Shown: positions 1-13,033 of the stretch, piece by piece | Layout: the number at the start of each line of letters is the position of its first letter | Position numbering within the stretch: position 1 is the stretch's first letter | From: Raillietiella orientalis | Taxonomy: Eukaryota | Direction: 5' to 3' | DNA length: 64,000 nt | NCBI GenBank assembly: GCA_036172245.1 | Contig: JAYWIR010000032.1 | Span: 2,604,001 to 2,668,000 of the forward strand | Made by a program: the position numbers and the translations under genes | The notes under the pieces: generated by a model | Databases searched by the model: none | What the model saw: only the letters and a program-made list of their open reading frames with translations | What the model was told of the DNA's origin: nothing

Positions 1-529
1 AGAAGCCACCCCACCGGAAACTCCGTGGCTCGTTATGGCGCAAGCCCCAGTGCAAGAAGAGGAAGACGTCTTGCTTCCATGCAAGATGAAACACCGAACC
101 GTTTAAACAGCAGGGAGAAATTATAAGTTCCTCGGGGGCAACCCCAAGAACTTCTCCCCACCGAAGTAATCCCTTTGCTGAATCACGAGGAGTGGCGGCA
201 TCCGCCAGCTCGCTCGTGTCCCATTCGCCGAGTAGTTTCGCTCTTCCTGCGATGGTGTAGAAGAGCTCCCACCTTGCCGGTTGGCCGCTGTCTTCTCGAA
301 CCTCGAGTGCAGACAGTGCTTCGGTGAGGGGCGTGGCGGCCAGGGAGGTAAACTTCACCTCTTCCTGCATGACATCTTGGAGTGGCCAAGGTTGAAATTG
401 ACGCAGGGGGCGAAGATCTTCACGGCTCATTCCTAAGAATGCAGCATAGGAATCAATAGATTCCTGCCGCCAAGCATTGTAGTTTATTGGGCTGCAGGAA
501 ATCTACCTATTTACTTTCAACAGTGTGGC

Positions 530-1400
530 GAGTTGCCTCAAAGGATACTCAAATACCTGTTTCCCGTGATGCATGCCTGGCACAAGGAAAGAAGTCCTTC
601 ACTGCCGGCACACCTCCGTAAGAGAATGCGCGCAGGCGCACACAGAGAAGTCCATGGCTCGGCACACAGTGCGAGCATTCGGAACTGCACCTGCAGTCCT
701 CTTCTCTCCATCGTAAGGATGCAAAGGCCAGCATTCCGACGAGGAGCCGTCAGGTCTTTCAATCGGATCCTGGATCGCGCCGGACCCCAGAGAGGGTTCC
801 TTAGCAGGCATTTTGCCCGTTCTTTGGCCGCGTAGGGGGGGTCCAAGACAAAAAACAGGGGTCGGAGGAGAGGGGCCACGAAGGTGTTTCAAATAGCCGC
901 CGTTCCGGCAAGGTAAACTTGCCATTAGTGAACGGACTTGCGGCCAACTCTGCCTTACGAAGGCAGTCCGACCACGCCTCGGCAGCGCCGAGGTCGCCCA
1001 GCGGAACGCCAAGGTACTTGAAGTACCTTGCCGTGGAGATCCCCAGGCGGATCCAGTCGGACTGCCCCTTCCGCGACGCTCCTACAGGAACGACCACGCT
1101 CGTCTTCCTGTTCACGCACACGCCCGCTCCCCGTTGAACCAGTTCGAAAAAATCTTCGACACTGGACACCGGGCTGGATATGGCGAGCAGAGGAAGCAGG
1201 TCATCTGCATAGGCAGCAACGGCAGGCGTTCCCGGTCAAGAGCTCGGCAGGTTGGCCAGCGTCAGCCTGTAAGTCCTCAGCACCAACTCAAAGAAGATGC
1301 TGAAGAGCAACGGGATTCAACTGTCGTCTTGCCTGATGCCCCTGCGTACGGGAGTACCGTACACGTGGCAACCGCTAAAAGAAATGCAGGTTAGCGCGTG
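530..1400 (-). mobile_element. Degenerate family-1 LINE ORF2 fragment (RT C-terminal half)
   Basis: VEDFFELVQRGAG...YFKYLGVPLGD and RIRLKDLTAPRRNAGL are homologous to the intact ORF2, with frameshifts. Confidence 0.85.
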
Positions 1401-1598
1401 ACGCCAGCAAGCGCGCAAGTACTTTAAAAGTTGCGCTAGGAGACCCAGGCGTTCCAAGAGCTCCAATAGGAGTCTTTGGTTCACGCAATCGAACGCCTTG
1501 CTTCTGCAGGGTGGACGCGTTTTGTGGGTGCTCCTCGATGCCGAGAACCCGCTCTACTTAGCGAACTGGTCAGTGGTTCAGTGATCGCTCAGGCAGCA

Positions 1599-2640
1599 AT
1601 GCCTGACACGACCACCAGTGAGTGCCAGGGGGCGGTGGCCACGTTGCCCCCAGAGGCGATGGAGGCGGGGGCATCCGCCCCACGGAATCGGTCCCCGCTG
1701 CAGCGCGGGCGTGGAGCGCCGTTGTGGCGGCGTCATCTCCTGCAGCCGCGGCGGAATTATCTGCCTACGTGGAGGAGGGTTATAACCCCTCACTTCTGTA
1801 CAAGGTAGGCAATTTGTACTCTGCCGAGAGCGCGCGCGAATTTTCAAAAGGGATGCGCGCTCTCAACGTACAAGAGGAGGAGCTCTGCGAGATGACCATC
1901 CGCAGCGGGGGGCAGTACGTGGAGGTGATCTGCAAACAGTCAGATTTGGTCCAGCGTCTGCTCAAAACCCCCGTGGTGATGGGGAAACGCAGGCTCCTCC
2001 CCATTACGAAGGACCGCAGTATGGTGGTCCACCTGTTAGGAGTAACCGCACGGATGCGTGAAGAAAGCGTAAGCGCCGCACTGGAGCAATACGGGACGGT
2101 CCATGCAATGTGGTCCAAACCTAGTCCCTTTGTGGACTATACCGGACTGCAATGCGGGCTCACGACTGCACGCGTCACCGTCTGAGAGGACTGTTCTCTT
2201 CCTCACAAACTGGTGGTCGGCGGCGAAACCGTAGACCTCTGGTATGTGGGGAAGCCCAAATACTGTGGCTTCTGCAACACGTCGGGCCACCTCGAAAAGA
2301 GGTGCCCCTACGTGCAGTGCCAGGTGTGCGGGACGATGAGCCACACGCGGGAGGTGTGCCCAAAAGCAGCTGTGCGCGTGGTGTCCTCGAGGAACCTCAA
2401 AAAACGTGCCCGACTGCTACAAAAAAGGCTGGCGGAGAAAGTTGTCGCAAAAGCTGTGCCACCCGCGCTCATGGCCCAGGCCACACCCGAGACCCCGGCA
2501 AAGAACGCCGAAAAGGTCCAGGGAATCGGCCAGGAGCCTGGTTGGCAGGTGGAAACGGCTAAAAAAAGTAAGAAGGAGAGAAGGATAGAGAAGAAACTCG
2601 CATAACAAAAGAAAAAGCAAGAGGGTAGCGAGATTATAAA
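1599..2640 (+). pseudogene. Family-1 LINE ORF1, disrupted and 3'-truncated by another insertion
   Basis: YNPSLLYKVG...IRSGGQYVE and WYVGKPKYCGFCNTSGHLEKRC...CQVCGTMSHTREVC. Frameshift near the start and TGA at 2183-2185. Confidence 0.88.
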
Positions 2641-2657
2641 AGAATGCAGCGTCGTCG

Positions 2658-3760
2658 TTTATTACCCGGTTGTGCCGGAACGTTTATTATTAAAATCATC
2701 TGGGAACTGTGTTCCCAGGCAAGGGAAACAGAAGATGGGGAGAATGGTTCCCGACACGCAGGCCGGGCACACTGAGAGTTCGGAACGGAGGGAGGGGACA
2801 ATAAATAAATAAATATGGGGGGAGGGTAGGGATGGGGGTCTGCAGTTCAGCCGTTCCTATTCTCAGAACCGGCGGTGAATGCCGGCAATCTCCGTCCTCA
2901 ATTCTGCGCCAAGGTGTGGCCACCCGGCAGCCATGCCCAGATTGCAGGCTGCACTTTTGGTGACTGCTGTTGGGACCGCACCCAGCTGCAATACGTGGCG
3001 GGCCATGACACTGGCGCGGACGCAGCAGATGAATGCGACGACCGCTCCCAGATAAAGACCAACACTCGTGAAGAAGCGGCGCATCCAATCCATTGCGATG
3101 TGTCCGGGGTGCAGGAGAGCTGAAGACAGCCGCCTCAACAGCTTCTGGAGGGCACCGCATTCAAATAGTAGATGCGGAAGCGATTCCATCGCTCCGCATG
3201 CTGCACAGGTCGGGGCCACAACTCCCCCGGAAACCAGGTGCGCGCGCTGGTTGCAGTACAGACCCAATGCACCAACAGCAAAACGTGCTGTTTCCACCGA
3301 AGGGGGAAGACAGTCGCGTACAAGCACGGAGAACGAACCACAAGTTCTTCGGGGGGCACCCCGAGGAGCTCGCTCCACCGGAGAAGTCCCTTGGAACAAA
3401 GGCGAAGCGTGGCAGCGTCTGCCAGCTCGCAGGTCCTCCAGCCGCCCAGAAGCCGGGTTTCGCCCGCGATATCGCAAGCGACCTCCCACCTCGCCGTTAG
3501 GTCACTGTCGTCTCGCACCATCAGTGCAGACAGTGCTTGGGCGAGGGGCGTAGCGGCTAGGCGTGTCCGCTTGTCTCGGTGTTCCAACACCTCCCCTAGT
3601 GGACATTATGGGGAAAGGTTCACGCAACGGAGTTCCAAACGGGACACATCCTTTTGCGCTGCCTAGAAGGATAAGGGTTCCTGCCTCCAGGCGTAGAGGT
3701 TCGTCGGCAAGCAGGAGATCCACGAAGAAGGTCCGATGTGATGCGAATGTCCGGCTGTAA
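2658..3760 (-). mobile_element. 3' portion of a family-1 LINE
   Basis: LLRWSELLGVP...PLRWKQ and CAACGAMESLPHLLFEC. Terminal AATAAA and hairpin at 2664-2688. Confidence 0.85.
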
Positions 3761-5297
3761 GGGTTTCTTTTCCAGAGCGTTGACCTCGCCTACGGGCAAT
3801 ACGTCCAGCTAATCCTGAACTCTTCCAGAACCAGTTGTAGCCATCTTGCTTTGCTCTCACCGCAGGCAATTTCCAAGCGCTACCTGCAAAAAGCAGCTAG
3901 TCCAGGGGGGGAGAGATGCGATAGCCCTCTCCCGTGTGGGCCACCAAATCCTCGATCGCATCACCCACTAAAAATGAGGACCACGGACTTTTCCCTTATG
4001 CATTTGTTTGGTTCCATAAGAAACGGCGAAGAGTCCATCGTCCCTTATTCCCGTTCTGGCAAGTTGGTCGCGAAGAAAAGATTGCGTGGACTCCTATGAG
4101 TTGCCGTCGCTTGGTAACCGGGAGGAAAGGAAACTGTGGAACTTTATTTCTTTTCGGTTTTCGAGATTCTTATACTGGAGGAACAACTTGTTGTGCCACA
4201 CTAAAAGGACCACTCTTTGTCTTGGCAATTGGAGGTCCTTCGTACGATACTGCGAAGAATACACTGGTAAATGCGGGAAGAGAATAAGGAATAGTCTCGC
4301 AGTGTCCACGGGGTGTCGCTGACAATAAGGGAGGTTCAGAGAGCTAAAAGCTGAGATGAAAATCCGAAGGTCTCCGATTCAAAGACGAGCATGACCGCTT
4401 TCGATGGATCTTTGAGTCTCAAATGCAACCAACTCTTGACGTTCCCGCAAGGCTTGGACAATTCACCATTCGATGAGGAGTTGCGCCTCTGCCTTTATCC
4501 GAGTTTATGGCTTACCTGGGTTGCATTCTTCTCCACTGTTGCTTCGAACCGTTCGTTCGTTCTCCCTTGCACAGCCGGTCAAATGGAGCCAAGCCGCCTG
4601 ATGGACAAGTGGATCTTCAGTTTCCCTCTTTTCCATTTCTTTCCCGATACTTTATTTCCCTTCCTGGAACCTTCCGGCCTGGTTGCATACCACTTTGAAA
4701 CAGGCTCATTCAGCTGCAGGCTGCGAGTTCCATCGGCCGTTTTTTCCCCCTTTTCAGTAGATCACCGGAAACAGTCAGTGCTGTTCATCCTTGCAATCAC
4801 CAGTTGCAAAGGCGGAACTGCATTGGAGATCACCTCGCGTTTCAGAGTACACTCTTCGAGCCACGCCGCATGCGACTAATCTCTCCGTGGCCTTTTCTGG
4901 AAGTAACATGTCTGGAAAGGAGACAATCTGCTGCCGGAGAATAAAGAAGAACCTGCAACGGAAGCTGGATCCAACTTTGACAAAGGCACCACGAAACCAT
5001 AAACAGTCATTTTATCAGTACCAAGTAATTTACAATCACTTCTCTTCCGAACTCGAAGGACTCCTTACGAGAAGAAAACTCTGAGGTGCTTGCTGTCCTC
5101 TGATCTCTCCCAGCTGCCTTCACACTGCACTAATATCTTGCCCTTAACAATAGCCGTAATCTTTACTGGTATTCCGGAAAACGGAACCACTTTGCTTCTT
5201 CAGGCTGTTAAACAGACGACCGCAACATCATTTCCGAAAACATGAAGAGAAGGAGAATGGAACACTCATATCTCAGCAACAATCGTATGTGTACATT

Positions 5298-8200
5298 GAA
5301 GGGTAGCCTCCGTGATTCTCCCCAAAGCAGCACAGGTCTGCCCCGGAAGCAACAAGGTTATTGGCACTTGTGATAAGAGCGCTTCGGTCACAGTCTGGCC
5401 AGCAGCTTCGCGCCTGCATTCCTCGCTAGGATGCGATATTCGGCCCCGACGTTGCGCACCTCTGCTTCTTCAGGGAGCACAGGAGCTCTGTCTCAGCGGA
5501 ACGATGGTTTCCGCATCTGGCTCCCCAACCTGTGCAGCTGGAGACTCATCTCTACTGAGGAATTCGGCATGCACGCCTCCCATTCCACAAATCAGGGGTT
5601 GGAACAACCAGGAGAGCGAGCGAAATACCGTCCGGCGAGAAGCTCTTACCTGCACCGCCTCTTTCGTGATATCCTCGGAGCGAAGCAGCACCGCCCCGGG
5701 GCGTTTCCGGATGCACCGCTGTAACGCTGCTTCCCAGCAGCAAGAACGCTGCCGTTTTCCTTTTGACATGACTGACCCATCGGGAGGAAGCAACGCTCTT
5801 CGTTCGGAGATGGCACCTGTAATTGCTAGGGAAGCCCCACCACGAGGACAGCTAAACGGCATCTTCCCTTGCAGACTGAGCACACAAAAAACGGCACCTT
5901 ACAGGCGAAGGTGATGGGTCAAGCTGTCCGCGGAGTAAGGTCAAGAAATTCTTTTCGAAAAAGCAGTCCTTCAGAGCAGTCGCTATGTGCTACCGCTAGT
6001 CGCCATCACTTCCGGCGCTATCCCACCTGCTGCCAAACGGGACAACCTTCCGATTGCCAACCTCTCATCTTCTTGCGTAGAGACGACGCCTTTAAGACTA
6101 GAAAGGTAACAGTCCTTGCGTGGGCGCCATTCTTTCCGTCACTCTCCGCTTCCTTCTGGGAAACCGTAGAAACCCAGGTGACCAACGGTACGCATGAAAT
6201 CAACGTCAGAGTTCAAATTGCTGATGCTGGCGTAACGCCACAGCTCGTCGGGGTATGCAAAGTGGCAGGAGATCCACTTGCTTCTCCTGTTTTCCCAAGG
6301 AATCGTCGATCTTCCACGGTGGAAACATTGGAGCCTTCGAGTGGTCGCAACTCTGAGGCAGCAACGAAGCTACATCCTGGCAACCGAATACGCGCCAGGG
6401 GATATTGCGCGCGGGTAGACACCACATCTGCCAGCTTTAATTTCCTGCCTTCAAGGCTGTCGTTTCGTGTAGGAAATGAGGTTCCTCTGTCATCATTGAC
6501 CAGAGAAGGGATAGTCATTCATTCCCACCTGCGACCGAAACTTTCTCTTGGAGCCGGGAAGCTCTTCCCTTCTTTCCCTTATAGTGCCTTGAGGATACAT
6601 TGGCCACATATTCCGAAGGCTCTTTTCATCCTTGAAAACCGGGTCAGAATCGGTTGATAGCGACAAAACAGGAGCGCTCTGAGGCCTGAGCACCATCATG
6701 GCTGAGTGCAGCACAGTGGACGGAGAGCGCAGCTTCAGAAAAGCCACTCCCCTGGCAACGAGCCCCCTCTGTCGAAATTGGCGTTCCGATGGAATGCGAA
6801 AAGAGGAGCTCGCGGCTACCCTGCATAAGGTGCATAACAAGCGGCGCTACCGGTACTGATTTCTTATTCCTCCCCCCCTCACCATGGTGACGATCGTTCT
6901 CGTTTCTCTACCGTGCCTTCTATCCGCTCTAAACAGCGCTCCTCATTAAAAGCCTAATTCGCGGCACCTGCGGAATTGAGAGGGGAATATGGTTTTTCCC
7001 GGTTTCGAGTTGTCCGTCCTGGAGCCAGGGCCATGCAACGGTCGGGTGGAAACTCTTCCGTGCCCTGACCTTTTGGCGAACGGAGCTTCCTGTGCGTATG
7101 CCCGTTACGGCTGGCCAAGGAGGACGTGCCGGTGTCGGAAACGCTATCTGGTCACTCCACATCGCGACTGCGCCTCAGCGTTGCCTTACTTCTTGCCACG
7201 AGCGAGGTTTCTTGGAGCAGAGACAGCCTCTCCTGCTGGCATCACTAATGCAGTAGGTCAGAATCGCCACCCCGTCTGTGAATCCTAGAACTTGCGGTCA
7301 ACTGTAACTACTGAGCACAGTTGCGGAAAGCTCGCGAAGCGCACAACTTTCTGTAAAGCGACGGCGGTCTCTCAGTCACAGCCTCGAGGGAAACCCAAAT
7401 GTCCTACTGAAGCGCTATGCATCTAAGTGTGGAAATCGGGTCTGAATCCCTACTCTGGAGTTGGAGAACCTCCGATGCAACTCGGAAGATTTACAAGCTC
7501 GCCGCTGTTTCCATTCCTACAGTCCCAGGCGCACTGTGGGCTAAGGCGCTCTGCAGTTTAGCACTCCCTCTGTCAGAGGTTTTGCATCGGCTGCCGACAG
7601 AGATGTTTATTCGAGGGATGGCTGGCAGCAGACATTTATGAATGAGGAACCAGAGACCAGTCATTTCTCGCGACAGGAGCAAACACAGTTTCGCGTGAAA
7701 TTTGGAATGCCTGTTTCCATGGGGACTGGAGACGATAGAAAAAAAGAGGGAGTGAAAAAGAAGCGCTTTGGTGGAGCATGCATTCCTGCCGTATTGAGCG
7801 CTTCTCAACGCTAGCAGCTGTCGCTTCCGGGATGCGAGAACCAGGAGAGATACTCCTTAGCCGGTACCCTCCACAGCAGACAAGTATAACGGTTCCCGCC
7901 TGTCAAAAGAAAGAAAACTTCAAAGCCTTCGAATCCGAAAAAATGGTTGGTGCTTTTGGTTACCCTACTGAGAAGGAGATAGACACGGAACGGATGGGGC
8001 GCCGAAGAAACGCGAATCCATTCTTTTTTCCAGGGTTCAGCAAGAGGCATCTGAGCGACTGATACAAGGAAGAGAGAGATGGTCATCCACGCTTACTCGG
8101 CCTTCAGGGAATGGGCGAGACGCTCTGAAGCAGCCGCATTGGCACGTCAAGGCTGCTTCCGAGATCAACACGGCGATCGCTGATGGGAACGGCCGCAGAG

Positions 8201-11200
8201 ACAAAGAATACCATGTCCGTCGCCACTTCCGAGGTACGAAAGATATGAGATCCCTTTCCTGAAGTCCTTGGCTGTATTTCGTCTTTATAGATTTGCTTTC
8301 AGATTGCAGCAGCATGGCCGCAACCCGAGAGCGGCTGCTAACATCTCCGAAATGAAAGCCGTCTCCTGGCCCTCGCGACAGAAACGCAGCTTTTTAGGGA
8401 CCGCCGTCTTCTGCGTAAGACAGACGTAAGAGTTCTCTACAGTGATCGAACAACGAAGAAAAGTCCTCACTTTTCGTGCCACTGAGCTTTGCGGCCCCCT
8501 CCTGAACAATTTTCAGCTTTACGGCGGAGTGTCGCACGAGCGGGCAAGGTGATGTGCTCCCGGAAGCAAAACAACTGTCAAGACCCTCATGCACAGTTCT
8601 CTCCCCAAGAGTGATTGCTGGCTATAGAGGTTCGGCACATGAGGACTAGCAAGAAGAGAATTCTCTTCTTGATGATGCATCATTCAATCTCTTTCATGAC
8701 TGCATCCCAGTTCGGGAAGAGAGGTGACATTCAGAAACGAAAACTGTTGAAACACCTGCAAAGATCCTGGAAGTTTATCCCGGAGATGTTGCGTTTTGTC
8801 TCTATAAATGCACTCCACTTGCCTCGAGGAAACACTCAGCCGTAGGCGGACCGCTCCTAATCTTTGTCTGCTCCTCAGTGCGTCGATTAGACATCCCATC
8901 GCCTCCGTCGGCATCCACATGTGGACGTTCACCGCATTCTTTTCCACGTTGATAGCCGTTTCCTGGTAAGGATGCGGGAGTTTCCTTCTTGAAGACTCGC
9001 ACCTCCCCACGTATTTCCCTAGGGCGGCTACATCGTCGAATAAGGAAGAAACCTTTAGACTTTTTTTCAATCAGGTGAGTGCATATCCCTTATGAGTCTC
9101 TCACACTACCAGAACACAGGACTTCTACTTCCTGGAGGCGAATTTGGGAACTCCGAAGGTTCTCCTTCCCTTTTCCCTCGATGCTGGAATGTACTCGAGT
9201 GTGGTCGCGTTGAGCTTCTGCTGCCCAACTCCGTATTGCAGTGGGTGACCCTGGCGCGCGCGACTGCACTTTCCATGTTTGCTTTTCCATTGCAGAGCAT
9301 CGCCCCAGAATCAGGGTCGTGGATTCCAATACCTTTAACTTCCAGAAAGTGGACAAAACGAAGGTTTTTGGGACGGAACACCAGTCTTTCGTCGGGAATG
9401 ACACACTCCAGGTAATAGCTTTTTCCAGGTTGAGCGTCATCCTTGGAGAAGTCGATCTCACGCTAATGGGTCCAGCTGCAGAGTAGCCGTCATTGACGAC
9501 GTCGAGTTCTGATGCTCTGTATTTCCATTTCTTCGGAATGACTATGCGCGGTTTGTGTGTGCACGAAGAGCAGAAGCACCTTCCTGAGAGTGTAGCGTTT
9601 TTCTTCCTGTTTTTCCCCGGTGGCAAGTGAACTCGGTAGCCATGGGTTTGAGAGCGTTTTTTCCTCCACGAGCAGAGGAATCGGAATGCGCACGTAAATC
9701 CAGAAACACCGAAAGGGTTTCGCGCGCACTCCGACGAATGCATGCATTTGACAGCGTCTTCTACGAGGGATGGTTGGGATTCCAAAGGGCAGTGTTTTCG
9801 TGAAAGCTTTTTAAACTGCTCGAGAAAGTAAGGACATGCAGATAACCGCCGTTCTTACATTCATTACAGGTAGACACCGAAAGTCACAGTAAATCTTCCT
9901 TCTTTCCCCCGTCTGTTCCGATGAGAATTCTTTCAAGTTATGGGCCACAAAGAAACAACCCGATCCCAAATCTTCGACCTTACTTGGGTTTTTTCCCCAT
10001 TAACAAGCTCTTCCTCAAGAAAATCATTCAACAAAATCGGCTTCCTTCTTTGAAGATGACCGTGAAGCTGCGTAGGTGAGAACACCCTCTGGCCGGTTGA
10101 TCGAGGTGTCCTGACGTCAATTGCAGAGGGGAAGGTGGATGGCTTGCTCTGACCTCAGGGGAGTCAGTCTCTGCAAAACGGGATGCATCCGTGAAGCTCA
10201 CTGGTGGTAAGGACCAGAAGACCTATTCGCTCAAAGCTCACAGGTGAGATTCTTTCCTTCACGACTTTTTTGATAAAATGGCCCTACTGGTGGGCAAATG
10301 CGCACGGCAGCACTTTCTGCATTTACCACCGAATGAACTCATTGCCCCCATTCTCTACACGGTACCCACTTTTAGTCTGATCACACATCACACACAGCAT
10401 TCTCTGTCGAAGGAGATTTCCCCTTTGTGCACGAGCAAACCCTTTTCGGTAGCCGCGAAAGATTCCTTACGTGAGCGTATCCTCTTTTAGAAAGCAACCG
10501 CCGACCTTTGGTGACCCCTTTTTTTGCTGATAGGGGAGCGCTTACCACAGGGATGGCTAAATGACTTGCTTACACCCATCAGATTCTCATTTGCTCCTCT
10601 GCTTCCAGCCTCAGCATAGAAGTAGACAGGAAGGTGACACATACATCAAAAGGCATCACGGCTCACCTTAAATTGGACACCTTCTTGGCTGAGGCTCCGG
10701 AAAAATTTGTGAGGGATTTGTTAACCGCATTGGACCCCAGATCAAGAAAAAGCCAATCTGGGTTGCAAGAAGTTGGTCTTCAATGACCTTTGACTATTCA
10801 CTGTGGAAAATTCCATTTCAGATCAACTGCACACCGAGAAAGAATCCCCTCGTGCACGTCTCGATCACACAAAAATACAAAATCCCGTTGGATTTCGGGA
10901 GCTACCACTTCAAGGTAACGCTTCTTCCTTTTTTTCTTTTGTGTGGCGGTCTTCTTGTTAAATCGGCCTCTGAATCGCTGCGATCGCTCCCGGGTGCAGG
11001 GGACCTGAGCGAACGGGGGAATCCCCGTGTCCCTGATTCGTGTCCTCAAAGTCGCAGCCCCGATCTCATGAATGACCGGTCAACTGGTTGGGTGAATTTG
11101 TCTGAGGGAGCGCTGGCGGTGTCATGGAACACGGGAGGAAACTGCGAGCACAACCACAGCTGGATTTCATCCGCTTGAGCTCATGTCCACCATTCCGCTT

Positions 11201-13033
11201 CTCCTCAGCCTCAGTTGCCCGAATTTTGCGATGCATCTTTCCCACGAAGAATTTTCTGGATTTCTCCGTGTGTGAGGCTCTACAGCTCGAGCTGTTCAGT
11301 AGCCCTCAGGCACGTTGGGTGAAGCCGCACCTATTTTCCGCAGAGAGCAGCGGTGGGCCTGCAGGGACATCTGGTGCTTTCCCGGAAGGGGCTCCTATTT
11401 ATTCCCCATGAGATTTATGGGGTGTTACGGTGCGGGAGAAGGGCGAGCAAAGAGCAGCCATGCATGCTCCCTGAAGTAGGTGGACGTCACTCCCAGCTAA
11501 TCCTTCTCGAGTTCGCGCCACTCCAGGAAAGCTTTTGATGTCGATGTTATCTCTTGCAAACGGGGACGTGGGTTCTCCCGAAAAGCATCGTGAAACTGCG
11601 AAGTTGGGATGAGTCTCCTTGGCATTCGCATTCGCCATTTGTTTCTCGCTGCTTGCGCTCGCGCATGCGCGGTCAAACACTTCGCCGAGCTCGCGCGCAA
11701 CTGATGCTGAGCGCAAGGGCAGAGCTTCCGTTGAGAGGATTCGATGTGCTAAGTATCGTCTGATCCACGCAGCGCTCTCGCTCTCTTCTGAAAAAGCGTT
11801 GCTCTTCTATGTTTAACCAATTTTCATGAGGTCGTCATTCGATCCGCTTAGTAGCGTAGAAACCTCATTTTCCTGTAAGATCTTCTCTTCCGAAAAGTTC
11901 CCTGAGACTTTGATTTTTCCAGATAAAGGACAAGTGCTATCTGATATTCATCCCTTCCAAAAGCCTTCAATTTCATCTTTCAACAAGGATTATAGAAGGC
12001 AAACTCGTGGAAGTAGACTTTCAGAAGAATGAACTTCGTTTTGGAACTGATGTGTTGCCTGCGCCTCCCCCGCCTCCGCGGCCTGTAGATCCAACAGCTA
12101 CGGATTTAAATTACTATAGATAACGTCTTGGATTTGAGGATCACCATGTTTTGGGAAGTTCGTTCGGAGTTTGAAAGCACTGATGACAACTCTGCTGACG
12201 CACTTCTAAAATCACGTAGCGGATCGGAATTTGTTTGGAATGCTTCTATTAAAAGAGCACGCAGTTTTTCTGAGTTGTGCAAAATAAACGCATGCTGTCA
12301 GGGATTCGGTCCATTCCAAGGTTTGGATAACGAAAAAGAGTCGCCACTCCTTGCGGTCGACGCAGCACGCATGTTGCGTATTGCCCACAGCATCCTTTTG
12401 TTCTCCACCTCGACGTCCGCTTCGATTCCGCCCAGGACAGCTTCTGCGAATGACCTTTTCTCGCCTTTCCCGCAGAGGCTGCTCGCGCGTGTGGTTGCCA
12501 CACTGAAGCGGTTGATGCTTCGCCTACTTCCTTGGAACGGGTCGGACATCCCTCTTCATGATTGAGGAGGAGGCACCTCTGATCTTCTGCCTTTTTCACC
12601 AGAATTCAAAGTCACGAGGCCATTTGAAATGGAGAATGCATAGTCCTTGCGAAGGAGACGCCGACTTCGTGCGTGGAGTGTGCGTCTTTAGCGCGTCATG
12701 CCTTTGCAGGTGCGTCCGACTTCTCGCACGTGAGTGACTACGTAGAGAAAGGTGACCCGTGGAGTAAATGCGAGGCCGCGGCCGGATGCGGCCATGTACA
12801 GCGCGCGCACACATCATAGGCCTCCGCTGGCTCGCTCTCGCTTTCCACGCATCATTCACGCATCCCAGGATAGCGCCGTTTTTCCGGTGCCAGAGTTCAC
12901 GAGCACCGGAATTAAATATGGCACCTGGATTTAAAGTTTAGTCTACCGCTTAAGCCAGCTGTCTTTGTGTGCGTGAGCCAATCACCGACTTTCCACCTCT
13001 TTGCCGCTGCATAGGGGTGCCCTTCGGACACCA
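5298..13033 (+). repeat. Segmental duplication unit, copy 1 (7.7 kb, contains gene A)
   Basis: Collinear and near-identical to 23295-31030 at a constant offset of 17,997, from gaagggt(a/g)gcctcc to ttcggacacca. Confidence 0.95.
8919..12123 (+). CDS. Secreted pepsin-like (A1 aspartic protease fold) pseudo-protease, paralog A, 9 exons, 371 aa
   Basis: Exons 8919-8965, 9023-9074, 9120-9240, 9296-9411, 9870-10075, 10127-10243, 10609-10771, 10822-10914, 11923-12123. All introns are GT-AG and phases join into one 1116-nt frame. Signal peptide MWTFTAFFSTLIAVSWA. FYFLEANLGTPKVLLPFSLDAGMYSSVVALSFCCPTPYC aligns to the pepsin YFGTIGIGTP...FDTGSSNLWVPS..C segment. Also GNDTLQV, AHLKLDTFLAEAP (for AIVDTGTSLL.GP), INC, and KCYLIF...VEVDFQKNELRF. 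Same exon structure in three paralogs. Confidence 0.9.

Noticed and set aside
9090..9785. 231-aa minus-strand ORF kept in both duplicates
   Set aside because: Antisense to exons 3-4 of gene A, retained only because the duplication is recent, and not seen in paralogs C or D.
10915..11922. Antisense LINE relic or extra exon in intron 8
   Set aside because: Only faint hints (LKRMKS, IRDTG). Exons 8 and 9 already join to complete the pepsin fold.
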